A stretch of 61,993 bases of DNA, filler included, from Sphacelaria rigidula (Eukaryota), in the NCBI GenBank assembly GCA_964200075.2. It is 8 parts of 8 records of this genome, joined end to end, with 100 filler letters (N's around TTAATTAATTAA, not from the genome) between each part and the next. Parts side by side here need not be neighbours in the genome. Positions count along the whole stretch, not along the records: positions 54,334 to 61,993 come from CAXNAA020013886.1; 7 more parts are not named here. One strand, 5' to 3'. Made by a program: the position numbers and the translations under genes. Under the pieces are notes generated by a model that was not told the DNA's origin, did no database searches, and saw only the letters and a program-made list of their open reading frames with translations. Positions 61,988 to 61,993 of the stretch are shown here, piece by piece. Within the stretch, counting starts at the first letter, position 1. Every line of letters starts with the position of its first letter.

Positions 61988-61993
61988 TGCCAC
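61922..61993. repeat. (TAC)n microsatellite at contig end
   Basis: Visible run. Confidence 0.95.

Overview
Eukaryotic, intron-rich and repeat-rich DNA, almost certainly from a brown alga (Phaeophyceae): it has mannuronan C5-epimerase exons, a bipartite 'ASAFAP'-type plastid presequence and long GT/GC-AG introns. The window is not one locus. It is eight contigs of 7663, 7663, 7662, 7662, 7661, 7661, 7661 and 7660 bp, sorted by length and joined by 100-bp N/TTAATTAATTAA linkers, so adjacency across linkers means nothing. Genes I could rebuild by hand from splice sites: the 3' part of IST1 (ESCRT-III), the last two exons of a mannuronan C5-epimerase, the first two coding exons of NOT3/CNOT3 (with a GC donor), a complete 109-aa plastid-targeted orphan with a 22-residue amphipathic repeat, the 3' exons of a multi-pass membrane protein, a probable SGNH-like terminal exon and a few unassigned exons. 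Mobile DNA: a degenerate chromodomain Ty3/Gypsy element missing its RT core, an RTE-like LINE interrupted by a TTAA-flanked piggyBac-type element, tRNA-derived SINEs, several MITE/foldback families and a Helitron-like insert. The most unusual signal is a second LINE family. Its roughly 10 copies or derivatives end in, or sit inside, poly(C)/poly(G) tracts, and two of them hit the same C-tract of one MITE family. Most ORFs in the supplied track are spurious. All family assignments come from motif recognition, not database searches.
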